A stretch of DNA of 64,000 nt from an uncultured cyanobacterium (lineage in GTDB: Bacteria; Cyanobacteriota; Cyanobacteriia; Cyanobacteriales; CAWCAG01): NCBI GenBank assembly GCA_963803805.1, contig CAWDOD010000008.1, positions 85,621 through 149,620 on the forward strand, in the 5' to 3' direction. The notes beneath the pieces were generated by a model. That model ran no database searches. It had not been told where the DNA came from and saw only the letters and a list, made by a program, of their open reading frames with translations. A program made the translations under genes and the position numbers. Below are positions 30,013-41,389 of the stretch, in pieces. The stretch's first letter is position 1, and each line of letters starts with the position of its first letter.

Positions 30013-33000
30013 ATGAGTACAATCACGGCTTATGAAATTATTGCCAAAATTTACGACAGTGCCAACTCTGTTGTTTATCGCGCCAAGCACAAAACCGGTG
30101 ACCATAAGGTCATCCTCAAAGTTCTTAAGCAAGACTATCCTACCCCCTCAGAACTAACCCGATACAAACAAGAATACGAAATCACTCGCTCTCTCAAAAT
30201 TGCCGGGGTCGTCACCGCCTATGAGTTATTCCCCTACGAAAATACCCTTGCGATCGCATTAGAAGATTTCGGTGGTCAATCCCTAAGTTTATTATTACAA
30301 TCTCAAAGTTTTACCCTCTTAGAATTCCTACAAATTGCTATTCAAACTGCTCAAATTCTCGAAGAAATTCATAGCGCCAATATTATTCACAAAGATATTA
30401 ATCCTTCTAACATTCTTCTCAATCCTGAAACTGGACAAGTAAAAATTATTGACTTTGGTCTTTCCACTGTCTTTGCAAAAGAAAAGCCCCTCATCAAAAA
30501 CCCTGATGTATTAGAAGGGACTTTGGCTTATATGTCCCCAGAGCAAACAGGAAGAATGAATCGCTCCCTCGACTACAGGACAGACTTATATTCTCTGGGG
30601 GCAACCTTCTACACTCTCCTCACCAAACGCCTAGTCTTTGAAACCCAAGATGCCCTAGAATTGGTTCATTGCCATCTCGCCCAAGCCCCCACTCCTCCTC
30701 AGCAAATCGACCCAGCAATCCCCCCGATTTTGTCCCAAATCATCCTCAAGCTGCTGGCCAAAACAGCAGAGGAACGCTATCAAAGTGCATTGGGGCTAAA
30801 AGCCGACTTAGAAGAATGTCGTCTCCAGTTAACACAAACTGGCAAAATAGAAGAATTTCCTCTAGCTCGTCACGATGTCGTAGAGCAACTGCAAATCCCC
30901 CAAAAACTCTACGGTAGAGCCTCCGAAATAGAACAGTTACTCTCAGCATTCAACCGAGTTAGCCAAACTGAAGAAACTACAACAGCAAATCATCTAGAAA
31001 TGATGTTAGTAGGGGGATATTCTGGCATTGGTAAAACTGCCCTAATTCAAGAACTTTACAAACCCCTCTCCCAAAAGCACGGCTATTTCATTGCAGGTAA
31101 ATTCGACCAATTTCAACGTAATATTCCCTATTCTGCACCCATTTCCGCTTTTAAATCCCTCGTGCGCCAGCTACTCACAGAAAGCGAAGAGCAATTGCAA
31201 CAATGGCGAGAAAAGCTACAAACCGCCTTGGGTATTAACGGACAAGTCATTGTAGATGGAGTCCCCGAAATAGAAGAAATCATCGGCCCTCAACCTCCGC
31301 TTCAACCCCTAGAACCTGCCCAAGCAAAAAATCGCTTTCATCAAGTTTTTCGAGATTTCATGAGGGTATTTTGTAAGCGTTCACATCCTTTAGTAATCTT
31401 TTTAGATGACTTGCAATGGGCTGATTTTGGTACGCTTGAACTTTTAGAGTTAATGATGAGCGACCAACAACTTGAATCTTTGCTTTTACTGGGTGCTTAT
31501 CGAGACAACGAAGTTGATAACAATCACCCTACAATCGTCACCATTGAAAGATTAAAAGAACAAGGTGCAGTTGTAAATCAGATTATTCTCAAGCCCCTCA
31601 ACTCAGATCATATTACTCAACTGCTCAGAGAAACCCTGCATCGTGATGCAGAAAGTGTTACCTCTCTAACGGAATTAATCTTACAAAAAACATCGGGCAA
31701 TCCTTTTTTCATCAACGAATTTCTCACCAACCTCTACCAAGAAAATCTCCTAACCTTCAACCGCAACAGTCAATCTTGGCAATGGGAAGAATCGCAAATT
31801 CAAGCCTTGGGCATCACCGACAATGTTGTCGATTTAATGGTGGGCAAATTGAGAAAATTGCCAGAAGCAACCCAGAAAGCTTTACGTTTGGGAGCTTGCA
31901 TTGGTAATCGTTTTGAGCTTAGTATTCTGGCGATAATTTACGAGCAATCCTCCGCAGAAACCTTTGACGCTCTTTTACCAGCCATACAACAAAGTTTAAT
32001 TGAACCCACTTCAGAGCTAGAAACTACCTCAAAAACTGCCGTTGAATCTACTTTAGTAATTACAAATTATAAGTTTCGCCATGATCGTATTCAACAGGCT
32101 GCTTATAATCTCATTGAGCAAAACCATAGCAAAACAGTTCATCTGCAAATAGGCAAGTTGTTACTAGCTAATTTACAACCAGAAGAACAACAGGAAAAAA
32201 TATTCACCTTAGTCGATCATCTCAACAAAGGGCTTGAGTTGCTCGAAAGTAAGGAAGATAAAATCAAGGTTTTAGAACTCAATTTAGATGCAGGTAAAAA
32301 AGCGAAAGATGCCATTGCTTACCCCGCAGCACAAGACTATTTGCGGACAGTTGAAAAAGACTTTCCTGGAGATATTTGGCAAGAAAGCTACGCAATGGCT
32401 CTCGATCTTTACAAAGAACTTGCCGAAATTGAATACCTCAATGGCAATCTTCAAGAATCTCAAGAATTACTTCGACTAGCTATTGAGCGAGTAAAATCTC
32501 CCCTTGATGGTGCAGAATTTTACTACCTCCAAATTGTACAGTTAGGTTTACAAGGAAAACTTGAACAAGCTATAGAAGTGGGAAGAGTAGCCCTACAAAC
32601 TCTCGGAGAAAATTTGCCTGAAGATAATTTTCAAGCAGCATTTGAGCAAGAATTGAGAGAATATCATCAAAACTTAGGTGAGCGTTCCATCGAAGAATTG
32701 TACGATAGTCCTGAAATGAATTTTTTGGATAAGCAAGCTATTTTTAAAATACTATCTCGCATTTTCCCTCCTGCTTTGATATTGGGTGCAGGATTAGCTA
32801 ATCTTATTTGCACTAAGATGGTAAATCTTAATATCAAATATGGACATACACCAATATCTCCCATAGCTTACAGTTTCTTTAGTAGTATTAACTCTTCTGC
32901 TCTCAAAGAATATCGTACAGGCTATGAATTGACCTCTCTTAGTATAAAACTATCAAATAAGTATGAGAATTTGCTTTCTAAAGGAATAGCTTGTCAGTTT

Positions 33001-35574
33001 CATGGAAATATAACTGCACCTTGGCTAGTTCATGTTAAATATTCTGAAAAGATCAACGATGAGGGAATTAATTGCAGTTTACAAGTTGGAGATTTGCAAG
33101 TTGCTGGCTACACACAGGGCCATGCTTTTTATACTTCAATATATCAAGGCAAAAATTTAGAAATATTGCTTAAAGAACTTGAAAGAAGACTTTCTTTTGG
33201 TAAAGAAACTCAAAACTATTGGTCAGTGGGCTGTCTTCTCGCTGCTAAAATAATCCTGATTAACTTAGTAGGTAAAAGTCGAGACAGATTATGTTTTGAA
33301 TTAAAGGAAACATCTGAATCTGATTTTTTAAATGATTGTCAACAAAATCAAGCGTTATCTGCACTTTGTCTTTATCAAATATTAAAAGCACAAGTACTTT
33401 ATTTGTATGAGGAACCTGCTCCTTTAAGCTTACTAGAACAATCAGCTAACCTATTAGGTTTTATATTTGGCACAATATCAATAGCCAAACATAACTTTTA
33501 CTACTCCCTCACCCTCCTCGCCCATTATCCCAACGCCTCACCCCAACAACAACAGGAATACTGGCAGCAAGTCGAAACCAATCAAAAACAGATGCAAGCA
33601 TGGGCTGATAACTGCGAAGCTAACTTCCTCCATAAATACCTCCTCGTTGCCGCAGAAATGGCTCGTATCTCCGATAACTGGCAAGAGGCAATGGAACTTT
33701 ATGACCGTGCGATCGCATCTGCCAAAAAACATGAATTTGTCCAAAACGAAGCCTTAAGCAACGAACTAGCGGCTAAATTCTGGTTAGGACGAGACAAAAA
33801 AGACTTTGCTAAACTCTACATGAAAAAAGCCCACCAAGGCTACCAAATCTGGGGGGCAAAACGCAAAGTTGAAGACCTCGAACAAAAGTATCCCCAGTGG
33901 TTTACCTCCTCCTCCTCTAAATCCAACAGCATCACCACCACCCCAACCATAACAACCTCCGGACGCTCTAGTAAATACCTTGATATCGACACAGTTATCA
34001 AAGCCTCAGAAGCCCTATCAAAAGAAATTGTCCTCCAAGACTTACTGGCAAAATTAATGAAAGTCGCTATCGCTAACGCTGGGGCGCAAAAGGGTTTCTT
34101 AATCTTAGAAAAAGAGGGCAATTGGTTCATCGAAGCAGAGGGAAACATCAACGACAGTGAAGCAAAACTATTAGAATCGATTCCCATCCAAGCCCAAGAA
34201 CACCCAGAAAACGCCTTACTTTCTTGCGCGATCGCTAACTACGTAATTCGTCTCAAAGAAAACGTCATCCTCGACGATGCCACCAGTGCCGGAAACTTCA
34301 CCAAAGACCCCTACATCCTCACCAACCGCCCCAAATCCATCCTCTGTACCCCCCTAATCAACCAAGGGAAACTAAGCGGCATCCTCTACCTAGAAAACAA
34401 CCTCACCACTAACGCCTTTACCCGCGATCGCGTAGAAATCCTACGCACCCTCTCTGCCCAAGCCGCCATCTCCATCGAAAACGCCCAACTTTACCAACGT
34501 CTCGAAGACTACAACCGCACCCTAGAACAACAAGTAGCTGAACGTACCGAACAGTTACAGCAAAATAACCAAGAATTAAGCCAAACCTTACAAGAACTCA
34601 AAACCACCCAAAACGAACTAATCCAATCAGAAAAAATGGCTGCCCTCGGTCAACTAGTTGCTGGTGTGGCTCACGAGATCAATACCCCCCTGGGAGCTAT
34701 CCGCGCTGCCATCGGCAATACAGATAAAGCTCTGCAAGATTCCCTATCCCAACTACCTCACCTCCTCCCCCAACTCAACCCACAACAGCAAACTGACTTT
34801 TTCAACCTCATTGACCAAGCCCTCATCCCCCACGAAAGCCTGAGTACTCGCGAAAAACGCAAAATCAAGCGCAGCCTTACCGCAAAACTTAACTCATCTG
34901 AAGTTGCCGAAGCTAAACAAGTTGCCCATCTCCTTACCGAAGGGGGATTGCATAATGAGATTACTGAAACTCAACTTGCTCTGTTGCAAACCCCACAAGC
35001 TAAACAGATTGTGCAAATTGCTTACAACATTGCCCGCCTTAATGCTAGCAGTCAGAATATTAATAATGCCGTAGAAAGAGCTTCAAAGATTGTCTTTGCT
35101 CTCAAAAGCTACGCCCGTTACGATTATAGCGGAGAAAAGCAAGTAGCTAAAATGACTGATGGTTTAGAAACTGTCTTGGAACTTTACCGCAACTATCTTA
35201 AAAAAGGTGTTACAGTCACTCGCAATTATCAAAGCGTACCAGCAATTCCCTGCTATAGTGATGAACTAGTACAGGTCTGGACAAACTTAATCCATAATGC
35301 TATACAAGCTATGGATGGTCAGGGTAAATTGGAAATTGGGGTAGCTCAGCAACAAGAAAATATCCTTGTGGAAATTACAGATTCAGGGGCAGGTATTCCC
35401 CCAGAAGTTGCTGAAAAAATCTTCGACCCCTTCTTCACCACCAAACCTGCTGGGGAAGGTAGCGGCTTGGGGTTAGATATTGTTCGCAAAATAATTACCA
35501 AACACCAGGGAAATATTACTTTTGAATCCATTCCCGGTAAAACCACTTTTAAAGTTACTTTACCCATTAGTTAG
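30013..35574 (+). CDS. Ser/Thr kinase-AAA ATPase-TPR-like-GAF-histidine kinase (copy 1)
   Basis: HKDINPSN, DFG, SPEQTGR; GYSGIGKT, LDDLQWAD; GAF (GILYLEN); AHEINTPLG; GEGSGLGL. Confidence 0.96.
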   Translation: MSTITAYEIIAKIYDSANSVVYRAKHKTGDHKVILKVLKQDYPTPSELTRYKQEYEITRSLKIAGVVTAYELFPYENTLAIALEDFGGQSLSLLLQSQSFTLLEFLQIAIQTAQILEEIHSANIIHKDINPSNILLNPETGQVKIIDFGLSTVFAKEKPLIKNPDVLEGTLAYMSPEQTGRMNRSLDYRTDLYSLGATFYTLLTKRLVFETQDALELVHCHLAQAPTPPQQIDPAIPPILSQIILKLLAKTAEERYQSALGLKADLEECRLQLTQTGKIEEFPLARHDVVEQLQIPQKLYGRASEIEQLLSAFNRVSQTEETTTANHLEMMLVGGYSGIGKTALIQELYKPLSQKHGYFIAGKFDQFQRNIPYSAPISAFKSLVRQLLTESEEQLQQWREKLQTALGINGQVIVDGVPEIEEIIGPQPPLQPLEPAQAKNRFHQVFRDFMRVFCKRSHPLVIFLDDLQWADFGTLELLELMMSDQQLESLLLLGAYRDNEVDNNHPTIVTIERLKEQGAVVNQIILKPLNSDHITQLLRETLHRDAESVTSLTELILQKTSGNPFFINEFLTNLYQENLLTFNRNSQSWQWEESQIQALGITDNVVDLMVGKLRKLPEATQKALRLGACIGNRFELSILAIIYEQSSAETFDALLPAIQQSLIEPTSELETTSKTAVESTLVITNYKFRHDRIQQAAYNLIEQNHSKTVHLQIGKLLLANLQPEEQQEKIFTLVDHLNKGLELLESKEDKIKVLELNLDAGKKAKDAIAYPAAQDYLRTVEKDFPGDIWQESYAMALDLYKELAEIEYLNGNLQESQELLRLAIERVKSPLDGAEFYYLQIVQLGLQGKLEQAIEVGRVALQTLGENLPEDNFQAAFEQELREYHQNLGERSIEELYDSPEMNFLDKQAIFKILSRIFPPALILGAGLANLICTKMVNLNIKYGHTPISPIAYSFFSSINSSALKEYRTGYELTSLSIKLSNKYENLLSKGIACQFHGNITAPWLVHVKYSEKINDEGINCSLQVGDLQVAGYTQGHAFYTSIYQGKNLEILLKELERRLSFGKETQNYWSVGCLLAAKIILINLVGKSRDRLCFELKETSESDFLNDCQQNQALSALCLYQILKAQVLYLYEEPAPLSLLEQSANLLGFIFGTISIAKHNFYYSLTLLAHYPNASPQQQQEYWQQVETNQKQMQAWADNCEANFLHKYLLVAAEMARISDNWQEAMELYDRAIASAKKHEFVQNEALSNELAAKFWLGRDKKDFAKLYMKKAHQGYQIWGAKRKVEDLEQKYPQWFTSSSSKSNSITTTPTITTSGRSSKYLDIDTVIKASEALSKEIVLQDLLAKLMKVAIANAGAQKGFLILEKEGNWFIEAEGNINDSEAKLLESIPIQAQEHPENALLSCAIANYVIRLKENVILDDATSAGNFTKDPYILTNRPKSILCTPLINQGKLSGILYLENNLTTNAFTRDRVEILRTLSAQAAISIENAQLYQRLEDYNRTLEQQVAERTEQLQQNNQELSQTLQELKTTQNELIQSEKMAALGQLVAGVAHEINTPLGAIRAAIGNTDKALQDSLSQLPHLLPQLNPQQQTDFFNLIDQALIPHESLSTREKRKIKRSLTAKLNSSEVAEAKQVAHLLTEGGLHNEITETQLALLQTPQAKQIVQIAYNIARLNASSQNINNAVERASKIVFALKSYARYDYSGEKQVAKMTDGLETVLELYRNYLKKGVTVTRNYQSVPAIPCYSDELVQVWTNLIHNAIQAMDGQGKLEIGVAQQQENILVEITDSGAGIPPEVAEKIFDPFFTTKPAGEGSGLGLDIVRKIITKHQGNITFESIPGKTTFKVTLPIS

Positions 35575-35640
35575 AGGACTTAGATAAGTAGTTTTTCTAT
35601 TAGTCAGTAATTGTTTTTAACTACTTTTCTTGGCATTTTT

Positions 35641-35718
35641 ACCAGGTTTTACAAATTATCTTGCGTATAATGAACTATGACTTAATACTGACAGTAGAGC
35701 GATCGCAGGTCTTGCACA
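35641..35718 (+). promoter_or_regulatory. Duplicated promoter/5' leader with TATAAT (35666-35671)
   Basis: Colinear with 29935-30012. Confidence 0.65.
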
Positions 35719-38700
35719 ATGGGTACAATCACGGCTTACAAAATTATTGCCAAAATCTATGACAGCGCCAACTCTATCGTTTACCGCGCTAAACATAAAA
35801 CTGACAACCAAAATGTCATCCTCAAAGTACTTAAACAAGACTATCCCCCACCGCGACGCATCACTGAATTTCAGAGGGAATATGAAATTACTAACTCACT
35901 AAATTTAACTGGTGTAGTTAAGGTTTACGACATCATAGAAACTGGTGATCATCGCTGGCTAATCGTAGTAGAAGATTTTGAAGCTCAATCCCTAAAACAA
36001 ATCATCCAAAACCAGCAATTAACTCTAGATGAATTTTTGTTTGTAGCGATTAAAGTTAGCCAAATTTTGGGTGAAGTGCATCAGAGACACATTATCCACA
36101 AAGATATCAATCCTTCTAACATAGTTTGGAATCGGCAAACCAACATAATTAAAATCATCGACTTCGGAATTTCTACTAAACTCTCACGAGAAACTACAAC
36201 TTTCCGTAACCCAAATCAGTTGGAAGGTACTTTAGCTTACATATCCCCAGAGCAAACCGGCAGGATGAATAGGGAGATAGATTACCGGAGCGACTTTTAT
36301 TCCCTCGGTGTCACTTTCTACGAATTGCTAGTAGGGCAACTACCTTTTGAAACAACAGAGCCGATGGAGTTGGTACACTCCCACATTGCTAAACAACCAA
36401 TATCACCTCACCAGAAAAAACAAGACATTCCCTTAGTTATTTCCCAGATTGTGATGAAGTTGATGGCTAAAACGGCCGAAGAAAGATATCAAAGCGCTTG
36501 GGGATTAAAAGCCGATTTAGAAACTTGCTTCCAGGAGTTGCAAAACCGTGAGCAGATTTCTGCATTTGCTCTGGGGAGTCGGGATGTTTGTGAGCAATTC
36601 CAAATTCCCCAAAAACTTTATGGGCGACAAGAGCAGGTAGAGCAACTCTTAGCAAGCTTTGAACGAGCTAGCGCAGGTGCAATAGAAATGTTACTAGTAG
36701 CGGGTTATTCCGGCATTGGTAAGTCAGCTTTAGTTAACGAAATTTACAAGCCAATTACCAGGCAAAAAGGATATTTTGTTTCCGGTAAATTTGATCAATT
36801 TAGGCGAGATATTCCTTATGATGCCCTGATTCAAGCTTTACAAGAGTTAGTAAGGCAGTTGCTAACAGAAACTGAAGTGCAATTGCAACTATGGCAGCAA
36901 AAGTTATTAGAAGCTTTGGGTCGTAATGGTCAGGTAATTATAGATGTCATTCCTGAAGTAGAGCTAATTATCGGTAAACAGCCAAGAGTCCCCCAGCTAG
37001 GGCCTACTGAGTCTGAAAATCGCTTTAACTTAGTTTTTCAAAACTTTATGGGGGCATTTGCTCAGAAAGAACATCCCTTAGTGATTTTTATTGATGATCT
37101 GCAATGGGCCGATTTAGCATCTTTGAAGTTGCTGGAGTTGTTGATGACTCAAAGCGATCGCCAGTATCTTTCTTTAATCGGTGCTTATCGAGATAATGAG
37201 GTTAGTGCTGTTCATCCTTTAATCCAAACCCTAGAACGAATTAAAGAGCAAGATGCTAAGGTAAATGTGATTACCCTAGAGCCATTGAAGATCAATTGGG
37301 TTAACCAGTTAATTGCTGATGCTCTGAAATGCTCTACAGATAGATCACAACCCCTAGCAAAGCTAGTATTCAAGAAAACTAACGGCAATCCCTTCTTCTT
37401 AACCCAGTTACTCCAATCTTTATATACAGAAAACTTGTTATCTTTTGCTCCTCATAGCGGTCTTTGGGAGTGGGATATTGACCAAATTCAAGCTGTAGGA
37501 ATCACTGATAACGTTGTTGAGTTGATGGTCGGCAAAATTGAAAAGTTAGAAGACCGAACTCAGAAACTATTAAAATTAGCTGCCTGTATTGGTAACAAAT
37601 TTGACTTAGCAATTCTTTCAGTAATTAGCGGCAAATCCATAGCAGATACTGGAGTCGATTTATGGCCTGCTTTGAAACAAGGTTTGATTAGTCCTTTAAG
37701 CGATGCCTACAAACTGCTCATACTGCAACGTGAAAATATCAGCCTTCAACCCTCAGCAATCTCTTCTGTTGCTATCCCTTACAAGTTTCTGCATGACAGA
37801 GTGCAGCAAGCGGCCTATGCTCTGATTCCTGAAGCACAAAAACAACAAGTTCACTTACAAATTGGTAAGCTGCTGTTGCAGAATACTGATTCAGAGAAAC
37901 TAGAAGAAAACATCTTCGATTTAGTTAACCAGCTTAATATTGGGGCAGATTTAATTAGTGATGTTTCCGAAAGAAACGAACTAGCTCGATTAAATCTCAT
38001 TGCTGGCAAAAAAGCAAAAGCATCCGCAGCCTATCAAGCAGCAGTCAAATACTTAAGGGTAGGTTTGGGATTGCTGGCATCGGATAGTTGGGAAAAAGAA
38101 TACAACCTGACTCTTGCTTTATATGTAGAAACTGTTAGTGCAGAATATCTTAACACCGAATTTGCATCAGCAGAAAAGTTAGCTGCCACAGTTTTGGAAC
38201 AAGTTCAAAGCACAATAGATAAAGTCGAAGTCTATGAGATTAAAATCCAGTCCTATAGATCTCAATCTCAATTTCAAAAAGCTATAGATACTGCCCTAGA
38301 AATTTCAGCACAACTAGGAGTAGTTTTGCCATCACAGCCAAGCCAAGAGGATATTTATGCAGAAAAACAAGCTATAGAAGCTTTTTTAGAAGACAAACAA
38401 ATTGAAGATTTAACTCAGTTACCAGAAATGGCCAATCCTTATAAAATAGCAACCTTAAGGATTTTAGTTAGTATCTTGAGTTCGGCATTCGCTAGCAATC
38501 AACCCTTGTTTGCGTTACTAACATTGAATATTGTCCATACATCTATCAAATATGGCAATTCCCCTATGGCTGTTGGTGGCTACAGTTGTTACAGTTCTTT
38601 ATTAGCAACTACTCAAAGTCTTGATGATGCTTATAAATTTGGTCAACTATCTTTTAATTTGTTAGAAAAATATAATCTACAACAACTCAAACCCATGTTG

Positions 38701-41262
38701 TTGAATAACTTTCATAATTTCGTGACGCATTGGAAATACCCTATACGAGACACTTTCTCCGTTGTTGAAGGAGTTAATTTGGGGATTGAAAACGGAGATT
38801 TTGAATATGGAGGTTATTGTTGTTCTACTTATATAAATCACCAATTTTGTGCAGGGGAAAGCTTGCCAAACATGGAGCAAATTTGTGCTAAATACCTTAA
38901 ATTAATGCACAAATATAAGCAAAATCTTACAGTTAATAACTTAAGCTTAGTAAGGCAACTGACGTTGAACTTACGAGGCAAAGCTAATCAAAAAGAAGAA
39001 ATTCAAGGAGAAGCTTTTGACGAGCAAACTATTGTTCCTATTTATGTGGAGATTAAAAACTATACTGGACTTAGTTTTTTTTATCTCTATAAATCTATAC
39101 TCTCCTATATCTTTAAAAATTTTGCCAGAGCATTAAATAACGCTCAATTATACAGCGAATATGGAAACTGGGCTGCGGGAATGCTGTGTACAGCAATGGG
39201 CAATTTTTACGATTCTCTCGCTCACTTAGCCCTCTATTCTCAAGTTGATACTGACAAGCAAAAACAATACCTCAAGCAAGTAGCAGCTAATCAAAAACAG
39301 ATGAAGTTCTGGGCAGAAAATGCCCCAGCCAACTATCAACATAAATATGATTTAGTTATGGCAGAAACAGCCAGAGTTACAGGTAAAAATGCTAAGGCAA
39401 GGGAATATTATGACCGTGCCATAGAAGGTTCTCAAAAACACAATTTCCTCCATGAAGAAGCCATAGCCTATGAACGAGGAGCCGAATTTTATTTCGCTAT
39501 TGGTAGAGAAGAAATAGGTCGGCTCTACATGAAGAATGCTCATTATGCTTACCAGCGCTGGGGTGCAGTCGCTAAAACAGAAGATATAGAAGCGGAATAT
39601 CCCGAACTTTTTCGTGCTGCCCCATCCTCTCAAGAAAACATCTCCACTACTTATACTAACAGCACTGCTAGCACAGAAGTATTAGACTTAGCCACAGTAA
39701 TCAAGTCTAACAATGCTCTTTCTAGCGAAATCGTCTTAGAAAAATTGCTAGCCAACTTGATGAATATTCTCATCGAAAACGCTGGGGCTGAGCGAGGAAT
39801 TTTGATCTTACCCCGTGGTGAGAAACTGTTAGTTGAAGCAGCCAAAGAAACCAACTCAGAAAACGTTTCTATATTGCGATCGCTCCCTATTGAAGAGTTT
39901 GCTAAACTTTCTTGTAAAATCGTCAATTATGTCGCCCGCACTCGCGAAGCCGTAATTTTGAACGATGCTTCCGAAGCAAGCAATTTTAATGATGATGCTT
40001 ACCTGCAAGAGTATGATTGTAAATCAATTGCTTGCACTCCTTTAATTAATAGAGGTCAACTCCAAGGTATTATTTACCTGGAAAACAACCTCACCACAGG
40101 GGCTTTCACCAAAGAGCGTATGGCTTTGTTAAAAACCCTTTCCACCCAAGCTGCCATCTCCATTGAAAACGCCCAACTTTACCAACGACTAGAAGACTAC
40201 AACCGTACCCTAGAACAACAAGTAGCCGAACGTACCGAACAGTTGCAGCAAAACAACCAAGAACTTAGTCAAACTTTACAAGAGCTTAAAACCACCCAAA
40301 ACGAACTGATTCAATCAGAAAAAATGGCTGCCCTCGGTCAACTAGTTGCTGGTGTAGCCCACGAAATTAATACGCCCCTAGGAGCCATCCGCGCCGCCAT
40401 CGGTAACACAGATAAAGCCTTGCAAGCTTCATTATCCCAACTACCACAACTCCTACCTCTACTTACCCCCCAACAACAAACTGACTTCTTTAATTTCCTC
40501 GAAGTAGCCCTCACCCCCCACGAAAGCCTCAGCACCCGTGAAAAACGTAAAATCAAACGCACTCTCACCGCAGAACTAAAATTATCTGAAATTGCCGAAG
40601 CTAAACAATTGGCCCATCTCCTCACCGAAGGGGGATTGCATAATGAGATTAGCGAAACTAACCTGGCTCTATTGCAAACTCCCCAAGCTAAACAAATTGT
40701 CCAAATCGCTTACAACATTGCCCGTCTCAACGCTAGCAGCCAGAATATCAACAACGCCGTAGAACGAGCTTCAAAAATCGTCTTTGCCCTCAAAAGCTAC
40801 GCCCGTTACGATTCTAGTGGGGAAAAGCAAGTTTCTGACATTACTGACGGCTTAGAAACCGTCTTGGAACTGTACCGTAACTATTTTAAAAAAGGTATCA
40901 AAGTCACTCGCAACTATCAAAGCGTACCACCAATTCCCTGCTATGGTGATGAATTGGTACAGGTATGGACAAACTTAATCCATAATGCTATACAAGCTAT
41001 GGATGGTCAGGGTAAATTAGAAATTGCTGTAGCTCAGCAACAGGAAAGTATAGTTGTCGAAATCACAGACTCAGGTGCAGGTATTCCCCCGGAAGTTGCT
41101 CCCAAAATCTTCGACCCCTTCTTCACCACCAAACCTGCTGGGGAAGGTAGCGGCTTAGGCTTAGATATCGTCCGTAAAATAATTACTAAACACCAGGGAA
41201 CAATAACCTTTGAATCTATCTCCGGCAAAACCACTTTCCTGGTTACTCTACCCATTAGTTAA
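35719..41262 (+). CDS. Ser/Thr kinase-AAA ATPase-TPR-like-GAF-histidine kinase (copy 2)
   Basis: Same motif set as copy 1 (HKDINPSN, DFG, GYSGIGKS, DDLQWAD, AHEINTPLG). Confidence 0.96.
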   Translation: MGTITAYKIIAKIYDSANSIVYRAKHKTDNQNVILKVLKQDYPPPRRITEFQREYEITNSLNLTGVVKVYDIIETGDHRWLIVVEDFEAQSLKQIIQNQQLTLDEFLFVAIKVSQILGEVHQRHIIHKDINPSNIVWNRQTNIIKIIDFGISTKLSRETTTFRNPNQLEGTLAYISPEQTGRMNREIDYRSDFYSLGVTFYELLVGQLPFETTEPMELVHSHIAKQPISPHQKKQDIPLVISQIVMKLMAKTAEERYQSAWGLKADLETCFQELQNREQISAFALGSRDVCEQFQIPQKLYGRQEQVEQLLASFERASAGAIEMLLVAGYSGIGKSALVNEIYKPITRQKGYFVSGKFDQFRRDIPYDALIQALQELVRQLLTETEVQLQLWQQKLLEALGRNGQVIIDVIPEVELIIGKQPRVPQLGPTESENRFNLVFQNFMGAFAQKEHPLVIFIDDLQWADLASLKLLELLMTQSDRQYLSLIGAYRDNEVSAVHPLIQTLERIKEQDAKVNVITLEPLKINWVNQLIADALKCSTDRSQPLAKLVFKKTNGNPFFLTQLLQSLYTENLLSFAPHSGLWEWDIDQIQAVGITDNVVELMVGKIEKLEDRTQKLLKLAACIGNKFDLAILSVISGKSIADTGVDLWPALKQGLISPLSDAYKLLILQRENISLQPSAISSVAIPYKFLHDRVQQAAYALIPEAQKQQVHLQIGKLLLQNTDSEKLEENIFDLVNQLNIGADLISDVSERNELARLNLIAGKKAKASAAYQAAVKYLRVGLGLLASDSWEKEYNLTLALYVETVSAEYLNTEFASAEKLAATVLEQVQSTIDKVEVYEIKIQSYRSQSQFQKAIDTALEISAQLGVVLPSQPSQEDIYAEKQAIEAFLEDKQIEDLTQLPEMANPYKIATLRILVSILSSAFASNQPLFALLTLNIVHTSIKYGNSPMAVGGYSCYSSLLATTQSLDDAYKFGQLSFNLLEKYNLQQLKPMLLNNFHNFVTHWKYPIRDTFSVVEGVNLGIENGDFEYGGYCCSTYINHQFCAGESLPNMEQICAKYLKLMHKYKQNLTVNNLSLVRQLTLNLRGKANQKEEIQGEAFDEQTIVPIYVEIKNYTGLSFFYLYKSILSYIFKNFARALNNAQLYSEYGNWAAGMLCTAMGNFYDSLAHLALYSQVDTDKQKQYLKQVAANQKQMKFWAENAPANYQHKYDLVMAETARVTGKNAKAREYYDRAIEGSQKHNFLHEEAIAYERGAEFYFAIGREEIGRLYMKNAHYAYQRWGAVAKTEDIEAEYPELFRAAPSSQENISTTYTNSTASTEVLDLATVIKSNNALSSEIVLEKLLANLMNILIENAGAERGILILPRGEKLLVEAAKETNSENVSILRSLPIEEFAKLSCKIVNYVARTREAVILNDASEASNFNDDAYLQEYDCKSIACTPLINRGQLQGIIYLENNLTTGAFTKERMALLKTLSTQAAISIENAQLYQRLEDYNRTLEQQVAERTEQLQQNNQELSQTLQELKTTQNELIQSEKMAALGQLVAGVAHEINTPLGAIRAAIGNTDKALQASLSQLPQLLPLLTPQQQTDFFNFLEVALTPHESLSTREKRKIKRTLTAELKLSEIAEAKQLAHLLTEGGLHNEISETNLALLQTPQAKQIVQIAYNIARLNASSQNINNAVERASKIVFALKSYARYDSSGEKQVSDITDGLETVLELYRNYFKKGIKVTRNYQSVPPIPCYGDELVQVWTNLIHNAIQAMDGQGKLEIAVAQQQESIVVEITDSGAGIPPEVAPKIFDPFFTTKPAGEGSGLGLDIVRKIITKHQGTITFESISGKTTFLVTLPIS

Positions 41263-41344
41263 GTATAAAAAGTAAACAAATTCCCCTACTACTAGATTCA
41301 GGGTTTATCTTGAGAGATAATACTTCTGCTTGAAAAAAACCCTA

Positions 41345-41384
41345 ACTTATTACTTACTACTTACTACTTATTACTTATTACTTA
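41345..41384. repeat. STRR heptamer tandem (ACTTAYT)x5.7
   Basis: Direct read. Confidence 0.75.
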
Positions 41385-41389
41385 AAAAA

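Noticed and set aside
35346-35567. Paired antisense ORFs (35346-35567/41034-41255; 29911-30132/35656-35838) and other short ORFs nested in long genes
   Set aside because: Their similarity is explained by duplication of the sense-strand kinase genes; they are shadow ORFs.
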